From contig OZ024747.1 of the NCBI GenBank assembly GCA_964016885.1, forward strand, positions 48,546,001 through 48,610,000: 64,000 nucleotides of DNA, written 5' to 3'. Shown here one piece after another: positions 14,586 through 28,430 of this stretch. How positions within the stretch are numbered: position 1 is the stretch's first letter; each line of letters begins with the position of its first letter. The notes under the pieces are model-generated. The model ran no database searches and was not told the DNA's origin. It saw nothing but the letters and a program-made list of their open reading frames with translations. This DNA comes from Eledone cirrhosa (taxonomy: Eukaryota). The translations under genes were made by a program, and so were the position numbers.

Positions 14586-14862
14586 TATAAAGAAAAAGGG
14601 ATGAAATCGAAAATGCAACTGAAGTCTTATTTTTTTAAAAATATATATATTTATTTGGTTCCTTTACCGGTTTCGCAGTTCTTCTGCTTTTCAAAAGGTG
14701 AGTTGAGATGGAGGGTCTGTGGTTTTTCCAGACCCTCCATCCCAACTCACCTTTTGAAAAGCAGAAGAACTGCGAAACCGGTAAAGGAACCAAATAAATA
14801 TATATATTTTTAAAAAAATAAGACTTCAGTTGCATTTTCGATTTCATCCCTTTTTCTTTATA
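14586..14862. repeat. Foldback element: 134-bp inverted arms, 9-bp spacer, one HHR per arm (family D, U3-A8 core)
   Basis: Plus HHR 14750-14787 CCTT-TTGAAAA-GCAG(AAGAA)CTGC-GAAA-CCGG-TA-AAGG; minus copy 14661-14698; one mismatch between arms. Confidence 0.88.
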
Positions 14863-14917
14863 CTTCCACTCGTGTAGGACACCTCGGTTATTTTTCATTT
14901 TGTAAAAAAAACTTCAC

Positions 14918-14977
<60 letters not shown>

Positions 14978-15297
14978 ATATATATATATATATGGAATTT
15001 ATAGAATGATGAGAAAAACTCAGCGCAAGGATAGCTACCAAAACAGCAAAATGCCGTCAATGATGGCATCGAGCAAAGTCTTACCCCAAAGGACAGGAAT
15101 AAACGGCTAGAGGTATGTTGGCCCGGAGAGAGGAGCAAAGGAAGAAAATGGGGAAAATGAAAACGAACGAGACAAAATCACACAAACATCATGTTACGTC
15201 ATAAAATGGCGGGGACTACATGCCGGCTCGTGCCAAAGAAAATAAGTATTTCTGCTCGTATGCTGTGTGCTTTTTATAAAATGGTTTTATCAGTATA

Positions 15298-15327
<30 letters not shown>

Positions 15328-15332
<5 letters not shown>

Positions 15333-15862
15333 AAATACTGCAGGTAGCACATGGTAACATGTAATAAAATACGTCCCTCATCAGTGATTTGCCGAAGATC
15401 ATAGATATTTCATTGCATTAAAAATCATATATCTCACTTCGGTGCAATAATAACCAAAATAAGTTATTAGGACAATTAAAACGCGTAAAGCGAGTGAGAC
15501 AGGAGAACAATAGAAAATATAGCATACCGTGGGAGAGAAACAAGCTTCAAAAATTATTCTGTTAGCGTAAGCTAGGTGAATATATGAGCGCTTAGAGAAA
15601 GAATAGTGCCAGCACGAACGAAGGCCATTGAGCAGAGAGAGAAAAAATAGCGTCCGTGAGTGCAGGATGAAATGAAGAGAAGAGGGAGAAAAACAGTGAG
15701 TGAGTGAAAGTGTGAGGAAGAGTTAACGGACAAGACAGAGGGGGAGAAACAGAGAGAATGGGGGAACAGTAAGAGAGAGAGAAAAAAACACAGAATCGCA
15801 GTGGTAAATATATGTATTAAAATATAGAGAAAAATACTGCAGGTAGCACATGGTAACATGTT
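15328..15862. mobile_element. Short element with ~35-bp direct terminal repeats in (TA)n; carries permuted HHR-like motif (family L)
   Basis: AAAAATACTGCAGGTAGCACATGGTAACATGT at both ends; homolog at ~42700-42808. Confidence 0.6.
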
Positions 15863-16099
15863 ATATATATGTTGGTCATTCCAGTGATTTTAATGCCCGG
15901 TGCTGTTTCTTCCGTTTTTGAAACCAACCATAGTTGAGAGACGTTTATATGAGTGTGACTTTCTTATTTTAGTCTGTCTGATTATACTCCCTTGAATAGA
16001 GTCATTTTGGTATAAATTTAACTTGTGAAATTGCTTATCAGTATAATCTATCCATTCATTGAGATGTCTAAGTATTGGGGACAAATGAACTTTTAACTG

Positions 16100-16140
<41 letters not shown>

Positions 16141-16360
16141 GTGTGTGTTTGCGTGTGAATGTGAATATATGTATATGTGTGGGGTATGTGTGATATATAT
16201 AAATATACATTAAATTTTGCTCTGATACTTACATAGAGCACTCTTCATTTCTATGACCTTTTCTGTTTCCAACGGAAATTTCAATACATATATATATAAA
16301 TATATATATATATATAAGAATGTATATATATATATGTATATATATTATATATATATACAA

Positions 16361-16434
<74 letters not shown>

Positions 16435-16567
16435 AAGGTTATATTTAAACAAATCTGTATTTTGTCTGATGAAAGCGCACCAAAATTTGCCTTGGTTGCC
16501 CTTGATTTATATATATAATAAAATAATTATGGTTTTATAAATATAGTTTCCATTTATTAATATAATG

Positions 16568-16648
<81 letters not shown>

Positions 16649-17074
16649 TACAAACATTTCAGTGAAGCTCAACGTATTGAGGAATTTCAGCGTTATTACT
16701 GGAATAGAGTAAACGCTAATTGGTGTAACCTATCAACTGGTAGTTAAGTAGCTACAAATATGTCTATGATCCTCATGGGACATGAGACGAAATATAAGAT
16801 TGTTTTACAAATGAAAAACATTTTATACTTGTTACTTTGTCACATTCGTGTATATATATAGTAATAATAATAAATTTGAAGACTAAAATCCAAAGAGGGC
16901 TCGATAAGGATAAATATAGATGAAATATATATGAACCGTAGAGCAAATATTTATTAAAATAACAGATTACAGTTTAAGCAAAGAATCACTGCTTTCACCC
17001 TTAAAGGAATCTTCTGAAACTAAAAAAATCAATCTGTGAACGCAGAAGTAAATATTTCGTATATATATATATAT

Positions 17075-17580
17075 ATAACGAAGAAAGTTTGGTAAGGAAC
17101 CAGATGAACCATAATGCACCAGAGTATTCAATACTTAGGGTAGTAGAGTGGGTAATAGGAAAATGTTTCACCCCGACGGCAGAGCTCAAGCCGTTTCGAC
17201 GGCTATTTCTGGACTAAATTAGAATATTAATTTTATAACGTCCCACTCTCAAACTCCCCCAGAATTCTTTTTTGCCTGCTTTCTACCTAGCCTAATTTCA
17301 TACACACTCCTTATAGAATTCACTTTCAACGCTTGACCGGCTCCACCCACTCCATCATTGTTCTACATGCAAGTTCAGCCACCCACCTACCACCATGAAA
17401 GACTTAATTGTGTTTACAAGAAATTTTGACCAATCCTTTTGACAACTACAATCTTTCCTTATAAGGAATTACCCCTTGAAAAGTTCGGCTATTTATTACC
17501 ACGCTAAAAATTCTAATTTAGTCCAGAAATAGCCGTCGAACCAGCTTGAGTTCTTCCGTCGAGGTGAACAATTTTCCTAT
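17075..17580. mobile_element. (TA)n-flanked repeat family with inverted ends; other copies at 43150-43345, 55917-56092 and 56335-56392
   Basis: TAACGAAG..GGTAAGGAACC..CCCCGACGGCAGAGCTCAAGCCGTTTCGACGGCTATTTC, with an inverted partial copy at 17511-17580. Confidence 0.8.
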
Positions 17581-17628
17581 ATATATATATATTATATATA
17601 TAGGAAAATATTTCATCCCGATGGCATG

Positions 17629-17706
<78 letters not shown>

Positions 17707-17751
17707 TAAGTTAAAACAATGAAATAAAAAATCAAGTCATTAGAAATATAC

Positions 17752-17897
17752 TTCACTGCTTTACGATCGTTTCTAGGTGATGATAATACATCGTAACTAT
17801 ACTTCGCTATCGATCTATGTAAGGTTAGTTACAAAATATCAGATAAGGAAAATATTTACTTACATGCACATCACCAGCTGTTGTCAAAAGCAATAAG
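17752..17897 (-). ncRNA. Candidate type I hammerhead with U3-A8 core and ~100-nt helix II insertion (family K)
   Basis: TTATTGCTT-TTGACAA-CAGCT.GGTGATG...CATCACC.TA-GAAA-CGATCG-TA-AAGCAGTGA. Confidence 0.6.
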
Positions 17898-18274
17898 AAT
17901 TTTATTCAAAATTAGTAGTAAATTAGTAGTAATATACAAGAATAACCTGCATAGGAATTCTCGCGAACTCGCTACCTAATTATGGAAACCTCTTGTTGAG
18001 TCAAACAACGCCGTACGTTAAAACTATCCACAATACAGAGTACTCACAACCTCTAACTGGATTACCTAAAACGATAACTTGTTATCCCAAACAGTGAGTG
18101 TGTTCTGTTATTATTTCTGGCAATATTATTACAATAATATGACCCTCCCTAAGTATAACAATATATATATATATATATATATTGAGTATATGTTGGTTGT
18201 TTACCAACACCTCAGTATGCAGATTGGACCACTCGACGAAGTACGCAGGTTGGTTTGGTTACTCCGGAGTAATG

Positions 18275-18572
18275 TAAAATAAAGTAATTAAGTCAAATAT
18301 TTAAGATTTGGCTTCGTTTATTAAAGATGTACTGCTATATATATTTCGGTGACAGCCATCATTGGCTGTGACCTCTTCAGGCAGTCCGAATTGATGTGGT
18401 AGAGACAGGTACACATGTTATTAAAGTGTTTTAACAACATGCCTCTACCGCACCAATTCGGACTGCCTGAAGAGGTCACAGCCAATGAAGACTGTCACCG
18501 AAATATATATAGCAGTACATCTTTAATAAACGAAGCCAAATCTTAAATATTTGACTTAATTACTTTATTTTA
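18275..18572. repeat. Foldback element with an HHR in each arm (family C); third copy at 49074-49128 (-)
   Basis: Plus HHR 18462-18516 ACTGC-CTGAAGA-GGTCACAG...CTGTCACC-GAAA-TATATA-TA-GCAGT; minus copy 18331-18385. Confidence 0.85.
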
Positions 18573-18587
18573 TTACTTTATTTTATT

Positions 18588-18673
<86 letters not shown>

Positions 18674-18859
18674 CCAGTGTATATAGATCACAGACACCCA
18701 CATATATATGCACCCACACTTTCATGTATATACATATACTCACGTATATATATATGGACTTTACAGTTTCATTTCACATTATATACATGTCTGTGTATAT
18801 TTTAATTATTTAAAAATTATTTTTAAGTGAACATGATTTTAAAAAAATATTTTAAAGAG

Positions 18860-19659
18860 AACGTGACCCAACGAGTCACGGGTGCTCTTGTATCACCAAT
18901 ACGAGCGAAATTGCACAACAAACACATGATGGGAGAGAGAAAATCCTCAACGCTCACATGATGATGTAGACCGACATTCTAAAGCCAAGCAGACGCACTG
19001 CCAACAACTTCCAGGAGTCTAACAATGGCATACCACCCTTGTATGGGCTCCCCAAAGACCATAAGACAGTCGAAGACCCGACAACAGGACCACCAACAAG
19101 ACCTGTATGCGGAGCAAATATAGCTAGCAACTACAGGATCTCCTATTTCCTCTCAATGGTTATACGCCCCATAATCAAGATGTTCCCAGATGTATGTGAC
19201 AGTACAGAGGACCTCCTCAGCAGAATCAGTGAGTGCATCAAAAACAAAAACCTATCCAACTGCATAATCGGCAGTTTGGATGTGGTATCACTGTACCCAT
19301 CCATTAACATTGATTTTGCTGTGGAAAAATGTGTGGAGATGATCATTGAGAGTGAGGTGGTGTTCTGCGACGTCGACACAGACGAACTGGGGCTCCTACT
19401 TAGACTTACCTATGACACTGACTACCTAGACAGCCATGACCTTAGACGTTTCTGCCCCAGTAGACCCATAAGAGGTAGAGCCCCCACCATAACCTCAATG
19501 GCAAAAAAGACTCCCATGGGAAGGTGGATTGGGTGGACCAAAGCTATACGGACCCCCCAAAACAATGATCAGGTAAGAAAAATGGTCGCACATGCAATAG
19601 GGGCTAGTATCAAAACTACCTTAAAGGGCCACATATTCATATTCAACGAGAAGATCTAA
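18860..19659 (+). pseudogene. Penelope-like element reverse transcriptase fragment (N-terminal half)
   Basis: LYGLPKDHK, PTRPVC, GSLDVVSLYPSI, FIFNEKI motifs; truncated before motif B'. Confidence 0.85.
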
Positions 19660-19797
19660 TATACGTACGAGAAAGTATACGTACCTTCACAAAACATACA
19701 GGTAATATATACTTACCAATGCAAATAAGTAATGGTATAAACATAACATATACTTAGCTACCACATCAAGACGTAAAATATCCACGTATAGATCGTA

Positions 19798-20854
19798 CTA
19801 TCCGTTAGGGTATAATGTGGGGCTGTAATACAGGAAAGTTTTGTGCAATTTATGTTTACAAGCCGAAATTGCCTCAGATTTTTTGTTTAAGATGTGGTCT
19901 GTGGCGTAGAGTATTTCCAGGGCCTCAGCGGCGCAGAGGTCACATGGTCTTTTATTTCCGTTATACGATCTAGTCCTAGCTAGGATCTCCCAGTGTAACT
20001 TATACTGGGTGTGGTTGTCTTTTAGACTCCAGATATAAGCTGAAAGTGACGTCATATTCCTTCTTAGAGGGTAACGAAAAGAATGGGTATGCATGTAAAG
20101 ACGCTGCTTGAATCTATTGGCGGTTAACCCCATGTAGGACCTACGGGACGTGGGTGTTTCAACCTTACATTTGTAGACAATGTTACTAGAGAGGCATTTC
20201 CCGGATAGGGGGCAATCAACCCGATTCCTACAATTACAGTTAGTACTAACTACAGGGTTTCACGTGTTCCTACGGCTAGGTAGTTTAGCTAAATTAGAAG
20301 CTGTGATGTTATATGCAAGGCTAGGAGTCGTAGAGTAAGAAATTTTAATAGTATTTCTATTAAAAATTTTACTATATTTATGTGTAGGGGGAAAATGCTT
20401 CGTAATAAGGGATAGAAAGATCTTAGCTAATGGTGTGGCCGCCTCCATATTATATGGTGGGTTATACCATATAATGCGACGGGATCTATTTATTCTAGGT
20501 CTATTCTCGTACTCTGTATATGCTACCTTATCGACAAATCCACTCCGAGCAAGAGCTTCATTGTAATAAGTGGAATGGTCATTGAAAATACGCTCGTTAG
20601 TAGATAGACGGGAAAGCCTCAACGAAACGTTTCTTACCAGGTTCTTGGTTATGCTGGCAGGATGGTTGGAATGCTTACTTATGTAATTAAGAGTATCATT
20701 CGGCTTTCTATACGGGTAATACAAGCCATTCGATAAATTGAGGGTAACGTCGAGGTAATTAACGACCGAGAGGTTGGCCTCAACCTGTATAGAGAGGTTG
20801 AAGCCTTTAAAGAAGGCTGTGAGTTCTTTTCTGAACCTGTCACAAGCACGAGGG

Positions 20855-20858
<4 letters not shown>
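19798..20858 (-). pseudogene. Penelope-like element, 5'-truncated: RT thumb + Cys-rich linker + GIY-YIG endonuclease
   Basis: VNYLDVTLNL, YRKPN, SNHP, IIWYNPPYN, CNCRNRVDCPLSGKCL..IVY...YMGLT..FKQR, CDLC; one in-frame TGA at 20260-20262; abuts (TA)n at its 5' end. Confidence 0.9.
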
Positions 20859-20932
<74 letters not shown>

Positions 20933-20939
20933 ATGTATA

Positions 20940-22765
20940 TTCTCTTTCTCTTAATTTCGAGTACATTTTTAACCGGCCAACTTCTTGGTGACAAGGCTGT
21001 AAAAGAAAAGAACCTGTCATCCCTTCAATCGCAAGAATGTTTTGCAAATTTTGAAGGTGCCAGCTATCGCGGCCGTTTGTAGTCTATGAATGTGGGAGCT
21101 CCGCTCTTTGTCCACAAATTCAAGTTCAGACCGGTTATGCTTTAATTTGGTGACAGTTTTTACTTTCAGGTTCCACCAATATTCCTTAGTGCCATCTATC
21201 TCAACATAATCCTCCTCATTTCATTTTGTTTTACTTAGTGCGTTCCAGATAGTTCTAGCTATAACATCGTGTCTTATAGGGAGGTAATAACAAGACGACA
21301 TTCTATCATAGTTTGCAATTAACTGACAATAATATTCGATCTTTGTTTTACATAACCTACATTTATTGTCGACTGATAGCCTTCCTCTTTTGTGTAGCAG
21401 ATATTTGATAGGGGTTCCTGTATTACATAAACTTGTCGGAACATGCTAGGAATAGCTAGGCATTTTGAATGAATTATCCCCTCTATGGTTTGTGGCTTTC
21501 GTCTGAAGTACCCATGCACAAATTTCTCTGTTAATTGGTCCATTTTTTTTTATCTTGTTTGAACATTGAATTGGATCTTCCAATATTCCTGGTAGAGCGA
21601 TTTATATCAGGCTTTATTCTATATCTCTCCTCCAAATCAATGGCTATCCTAATGATATTATTACCTCAAAAGGGCGGTGGATTGGCAGTATCGGTAGAGG
21701 GTCGGACATGCTTTCCAGCATAGTTACGTCCTTCTGAGTTTAAATCCTACCGAGGTTAACTTTGCCTTTCATCCTTACGAGGTCGATAAAATAAAGTACC
21801 AGTAATGCACTGGGTAATTGCTGGCCTTGTGCCAAAAGTAGAAACAATTATTACCCCAATAGGCGGTGGATTGTTAGTATCGTTAGAGAGTCGGACGCTA
21901 TGCTTTGCAGCATAGAGTTACGGCCCTTTACGGTATGAGTTCAAATCCCGCTGAAGTTAACTTTGCCTTTCATCCTTACGGGGGTCGATAATTGCTGGCC
22001 TTGTGCCAAAAGTAGAAACAATTATTACCTTCATGCTCATAAACCTAGGCAAGATGGTTTCTGCCCTTTTATTTCTATGGAAGATGTTGCTTCAGTGTTA
22101 CTATTCGGGTCTCGTATGATGTTAATATGGATTTTAGACGCCGGCCACCTTCCTTGTGTAAGAAGTATAGCCTATACACATCACCCTTGATGCTAACATT
22201 TTCAGTAACACTGAGAAGCTTGCGAGGTCTTACATCCATCTCACTTAGTTCTTGCAAGGACCAGTCCAGCAGACCAAATGTTGGCGTTAGAATTGGCACA
22301 GCATAAGTATTGTGGGCAATGTATTTGTTGTACGCTGATAATTCTGATGATTATATTTTCTTTACTCTCATGAGATATTCAGTGCTAGTTTGCTTCTTCT
22401 TTAGGGGTCTATCATATCTGACATTCTCATCCTGTCCACGATATCAGTTGGTGTTACTTGATTATAGAGGTTATTTGTCAAGCCGTTCATCTCTAGATTT
22501 CCAGAGGAGGGCGCAACCCTTCCACGTTTTACAGTCAAATATGCACATTTGGACTCACCAAATTTCACTCTGATGTCTGTAGCAAATTCTGTAATGAGGT
22601 CCAACTTTTTTGATATAGTTGGTATTTGGCCCACACAACTTCAGGTCATCAACAAAGAAAAGATAGGAGATACTTCTGGACCCACTTCCATTACCTCTTT
22701 GTTTTGTGACCAGGTATGATAGTGGGTTCAGAGAGAGGACGAAGAGCAGCACTGATAAGTTATCA
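20940..22765 (-). mobile_element. R4/Dong-like (RLE-type) non-LTR retrotransposon remnant interrupted by SINEs
   Basis: LLFVLSLNPLS, YLFFVDDLKL, FGESKCA, VHGYFRRK, YLPIRHDVIARTIW, WWN...KHNRSEL; many frameshifts. Confidence 0.75.
21672..22022 (+). mobile_element. Two tandem tRNA-derived SINEs
   Basis: GGCGGTGGATTGGCAGTATCGGTAGAG (A-box-like) ... GAGTTCAAATCCC (B box) ... GCCTTTCATCCTTACGGGGTCGATAAAATAAAGTACCAG ... GGCCTTGTGCCAAAAGTAGAAACAAT. Confidence 0.85.
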
Positions 22766-22884
22766 AATAAAGATGGCTTTCTAGTAGTGTATTGTATCAG
22801 TCACAATTTTCTCCTTTTCACCCCTAACGATCATATAGATTTACTAAATTTTGTATGTATGTATATATATATATATATATATAT

Positions 22885-23570
22885 AAGATTTCGCTTTATA
22901 GAAATATGTATAGAAATTTCGTATTTCTAAAGAAACACGCTTTTAGGAAGCCGTAGCAGTACAAACATCGGGGCTAACGCCTTCTGGTGGTGTCCAGCAG
23001 AAGCAAGAGGGACGACCGTCTATGCATTTCAGGCTTGACAGCCCTTCACCAGGACGGACCCGCCCACAGCTTGTGACTGCTGTACTTGAGAAAACAGTCG
23101 AGAATATATAGTTTTCTCGTCTGTGTAAATGAGGTGATCAATCTCATTTGCATATGAAGCTGCATAAGTTGGCTCAACTTATAATAGAATAGAAATAAGA
23201 TTTCGCTTCAAGCATAGCTTTAAACAAATATGTATAGCAATTTAGGACGGTCCCTCCCACCGCTGGCAACTGCTGGACTTGAAAACAGTCGAGAATATAT
23301 AGTTTTCCCGTCAGTGTAAATGAGGTGATTAATCTCATTTGCATATGAAGCTGCATAAGTTGGCTCAACTTGTAATAGAATAGAAATAGGATTTCGCTTC
23401 AAGCATAGCTTTATACAAATATGTATAGAAATTTCGTATTTCTAAAGAAACACAGTTTTAGGAAGCCGTAGCTATGAAAACACCGGGGCTAACGCCCTCT
23501 GGCGGTGTTCAGCAGAAGCAAGGTGGACAATCGTCTATGCATTTCAGGCTTGACTGGCCTTCACCAGGGC
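22885..23570. repeat. Complex local direct repeat with A-B-B-A order (blocks of ~150 and ~190 bp)
   Basis: A at ~22900-23055 and ~23415-23570; B at ~23051-23235 and ~23244-23430. Confidence 0.75.
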
Positions 23571-23713
23571 GTTGTATATTGGCGTTGTAAGTAAAGCTGG
23601 CCTGTAGAAGGGTTATATATATATATATAAATATATATATAAATCTCAAGGGCGGTGCCCCAGCATGGCCTCACCCGCATGGCTGGAACAGGTAAAAGAG
23701 TATATATATATAT

Positions 23714-23754
<41 letters not shown>

Positions 23755-23826
23755 GTAGGTCCCGGGTTGAGTCGGGGATAACCACAGTAAGTAAGGTACT
23801 CAATACATGGCAGAGTAAAATTTTTT

Positions 23827-23954
23827 TATTTTATAGAAGGAGCTTCTACAGGACTAGTACTGTTTCATTCAGATGAAATCTTCAGGAAGCTCATGAGCTT
23901 CCTGAAGATTTCATCTGAATGAAACAGTACTAGTCCTGTAGAAGCTCCTTCTAT

Positions 23955-23960
<6 letters not shown>
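23827..23960. repeat. Perfect 134-bp palindrome formed by two head-to-head HHRs (family A variant)
   Basis: Centre GCTCA|TGAGC at 23893/23894; plus HHR 23895-23947 GAGCTTC-CTGAAGA-TTTC(ATCT)GAAT-GAAA-CAG(TACTAGTC)CTG-TA-GAAGCTC. Confidence 0.92.
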
Positions 23961-24045
<85 letters not shown>

Positions 24046-24339
24046 GAGAGGTATAGAGATTGTTTTAGCGAGAAGCTAACAGCATTCTATAACATATATG
24101 CGACTATAACGTCAAGATGGGAAAAGTAGTTAACGTAAGATTTAGGAAAAATAACTCAAACTCATCTCAAAAGAGAATCAGGATACAAATTCATCCACAG
24201 AATTTAGTGCAATCCAGGGAAAAATCAATAGACCTTTAACTCATGATAAAATAAAGTTTAAAACACTTATCCTTCAATTTGGAATAACATCAAATGCTCT
24301 GTATAGTCTTAAAAGACTATTTCATGAAAACTATACTCC

Positions 24340-24439
<100 letters not shown>

Positions 24440-26018
24440 CACATATATATATATATATATAAATGGAGTATAGGCTTAACTGTGTAGTTGCAACTTGAAG
24501 AAAGAAATTCCAAGTCCACATCGGTGACCGAACATAAGTTCTATAACGTGTGGACGAGCGAGAAGACACGTCTGGTCTTAGCGAGTGTGAGTGACAAAAG
24601 AACTGCTAGAGGGTTAGTCTAAGGAAACTACGAGGCGGTTGGAAGAGAGAGGGTGAGTGAAAGTGTGAGGGAGAAAGGGAGAGAAAGAAAGAGGGGTAAG
24701 AGTAGATAGCAACGAAATAGGTAGGTAGAAGGAGAGAGAAGACTGGTCACAGCGAAACATGATAAAATATATGGAGAATAGGATTAGCTGTGTAGTTGCT
24801 AGTTAAGGTAGGCTTAAAAATAAGAATAATAATAATAAGAAATCAAGAACGGGGGGGGGGGATTTTCTTCATCGGTTGTCTGCTCGGGGTCTCGGATATT
24901 TCAACGCTTTAAAGACAATATATCTACCCCAGTGCGTTCAATAACTAGGTATGTTATTGGGAAAACGGAGGAAGGAGGGAAGGAAAGTATAGGAGAACAG
25001 AAGGGAAAAGGTAAAAAAAGAGAGAAAAGAGAAAAACAGCGAAAAGCGAAAAAAAAAAAACTAAAAAAAAAACTGGAAACAACAAATCGAAGAATGTGCG
25101 AGCAACTTGAAGAAAGAAAATCCAAGACCAAGTCGGTGACTGAACATTGGAAAATGTGTGAGATCCTTGGTACAGTTAGGTATATTTGAAAAAAAGGAAA
25201 AGAACGACTTCACTTGTAGTTCTAATCAATTTGATTTAATTTTATAATATTATAATATTATGAGTTGGTAGTTCTAGTAAGTTCTTTGTTAACTTCGGTG
25301 GGAAGATTTTTAAAGATTCCTGGTTAACTTTTCTGGACAACTTTCTCGCATTCGTCGGTGGCGATTGTCAAACTGAGATCAGGTTGTGCTGTGATGTGTG
25401 ACTCTCTATAAATAAGAGAGATTTGAATGTGTCTGGGTGGGTAGGGTGGGTGTGTTAATTAGTGTGGGTGTGAAGGAGTGTTGATGAAGATTTAAATGAA
25501 TTAAAGCATACACATATACACAAATACATATATATATATACATATATACATATATACACACTGTGTATATATATACATATATACACAGAAAAAGCTGAAT
25601 GGTGACTTCAAAATAATTGATTGAGAGTGATGGGTTTTTTTAAAGAGTGTTTAAGAAAGGGGCTGTAAAAATCCCCTCCTGGTTCCATTTCAATAAATGA
25701 CCTTTTGATGAATATAATAACAGAATGTTTTTCAAATTCGTTTTTTATAGCTGATTCAACTCTCTTAAATTTATAAAGAATACCTTCAACAATTTTCTAT
25801 ATTAAAGATGAATTGACGTGTGTGTCTGGTGGTGGTGGTGAGGGGGGGGGGGGGGGGGGGTGATAAGAATGGGATGACAGCAGAGAGAAGAATAAAGATA
25901 GTTTTGGAATATTTGTCAGAAGAAATGTATGTTGTTGATATTAGTTTGGGAGGGGAAGTGTGGTGGGGGAACGTAGTATATAGCATAAGATGTACTGAGG
26001 GACAGTGTAGGAATAAGA

Positions 26019-26072
<54 letters not shown>

Positions 26073-26079
<7 letters not shown>

Positions 26080-26834
26080 AAAGTTTGTCCTTCATGAGTG
26101 ATCTTCCAACTATCATAGGCATTTCATCGCTTTAAAGACCATATACCTCCGGTTGGTGCGAGCAACGGCTAAAAAAAGTCGTTGGGACACGTAAAAAAAG
26201 GGGACACGAGGGTAAACAAACAAAATGGTGAAGCAACAGAAAGTGAGGAAGAAGGAGACAAGTCCCAGATTTCTATGAATTTAAGTTCGGTGAAATCGTG
26301 AACGAGAGAATAAAGACCATCAAACCTGGTTTAAATGTGAGCAAGGAAGGAATTTCGCACAGGTCTAACGGGAGGAAGAAGGGGTCTGGTCTGCGAATTC
26401 GGTAAACATAAGTTCTGTGAAATCGTAGACGAGAGAGAAAAAATTCCGACCAGCTTGGCCGAGAATGTGAGAGAAAAGAATTACTCACAGGTCAAAAGGG
26501 AAGAAAGAGGAGGAGGAGAGGTAGTGACAGAGAATGAGTGAGTGAAGGGTGAGGAAGAGGCTAACAGAGAGAGAGACTGCTAGAAAGGGTAAAGGTACAT
26601 AGAACGAAAAAGACGGTGTAGCAGCAGAGGAAAAAATATGTGTAAATATGATAATAAGGGCGCCGCGGAGTTGCAAATGGGTTACATATGAAAAAAGTTT
26701 GTCCTTCATCAGTGATCTTCCAACTATCATAGGCATTTCATCGCTTTAAAGACCATATACCTCCGGTTGGTGCGAGCAACGGCTAAAAAAAGTCGTTGGG
26801 ACACGTAAATAAAGGGGACACGAGGGTAAACAAA

Positions 26835-26838
<4 letters not shown>
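26073..26838. mobile_element. Element with ~150-bp direct terminal repeats (Penelope pLTR-like), flanked by (TA)n
   Basis: 26073-26225 is nearly identical to 26687-26838; contains the family L motif. Confidence 0.75.
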
Positions 26839-26915
<77 letters not shown>

Positions 26916-26934
26916 TATGTATGTATATATATAT

Positions 26935-28430
<1,496 letters not shown>

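Noticed and set aside
20260-20262. In-frame TGA as selenocysteine in the Penelope-like ORF
   Set aside because: It lies in an unconserved linker 8 codons before the first Cys, all Cys positions are TGT/TGC, and no SECIS was recognised; a nonsense mutation is more likely
21672-21850. tRNA genes
   Set aside because: A/B-box heads belong to SINEs; no cloverleaf
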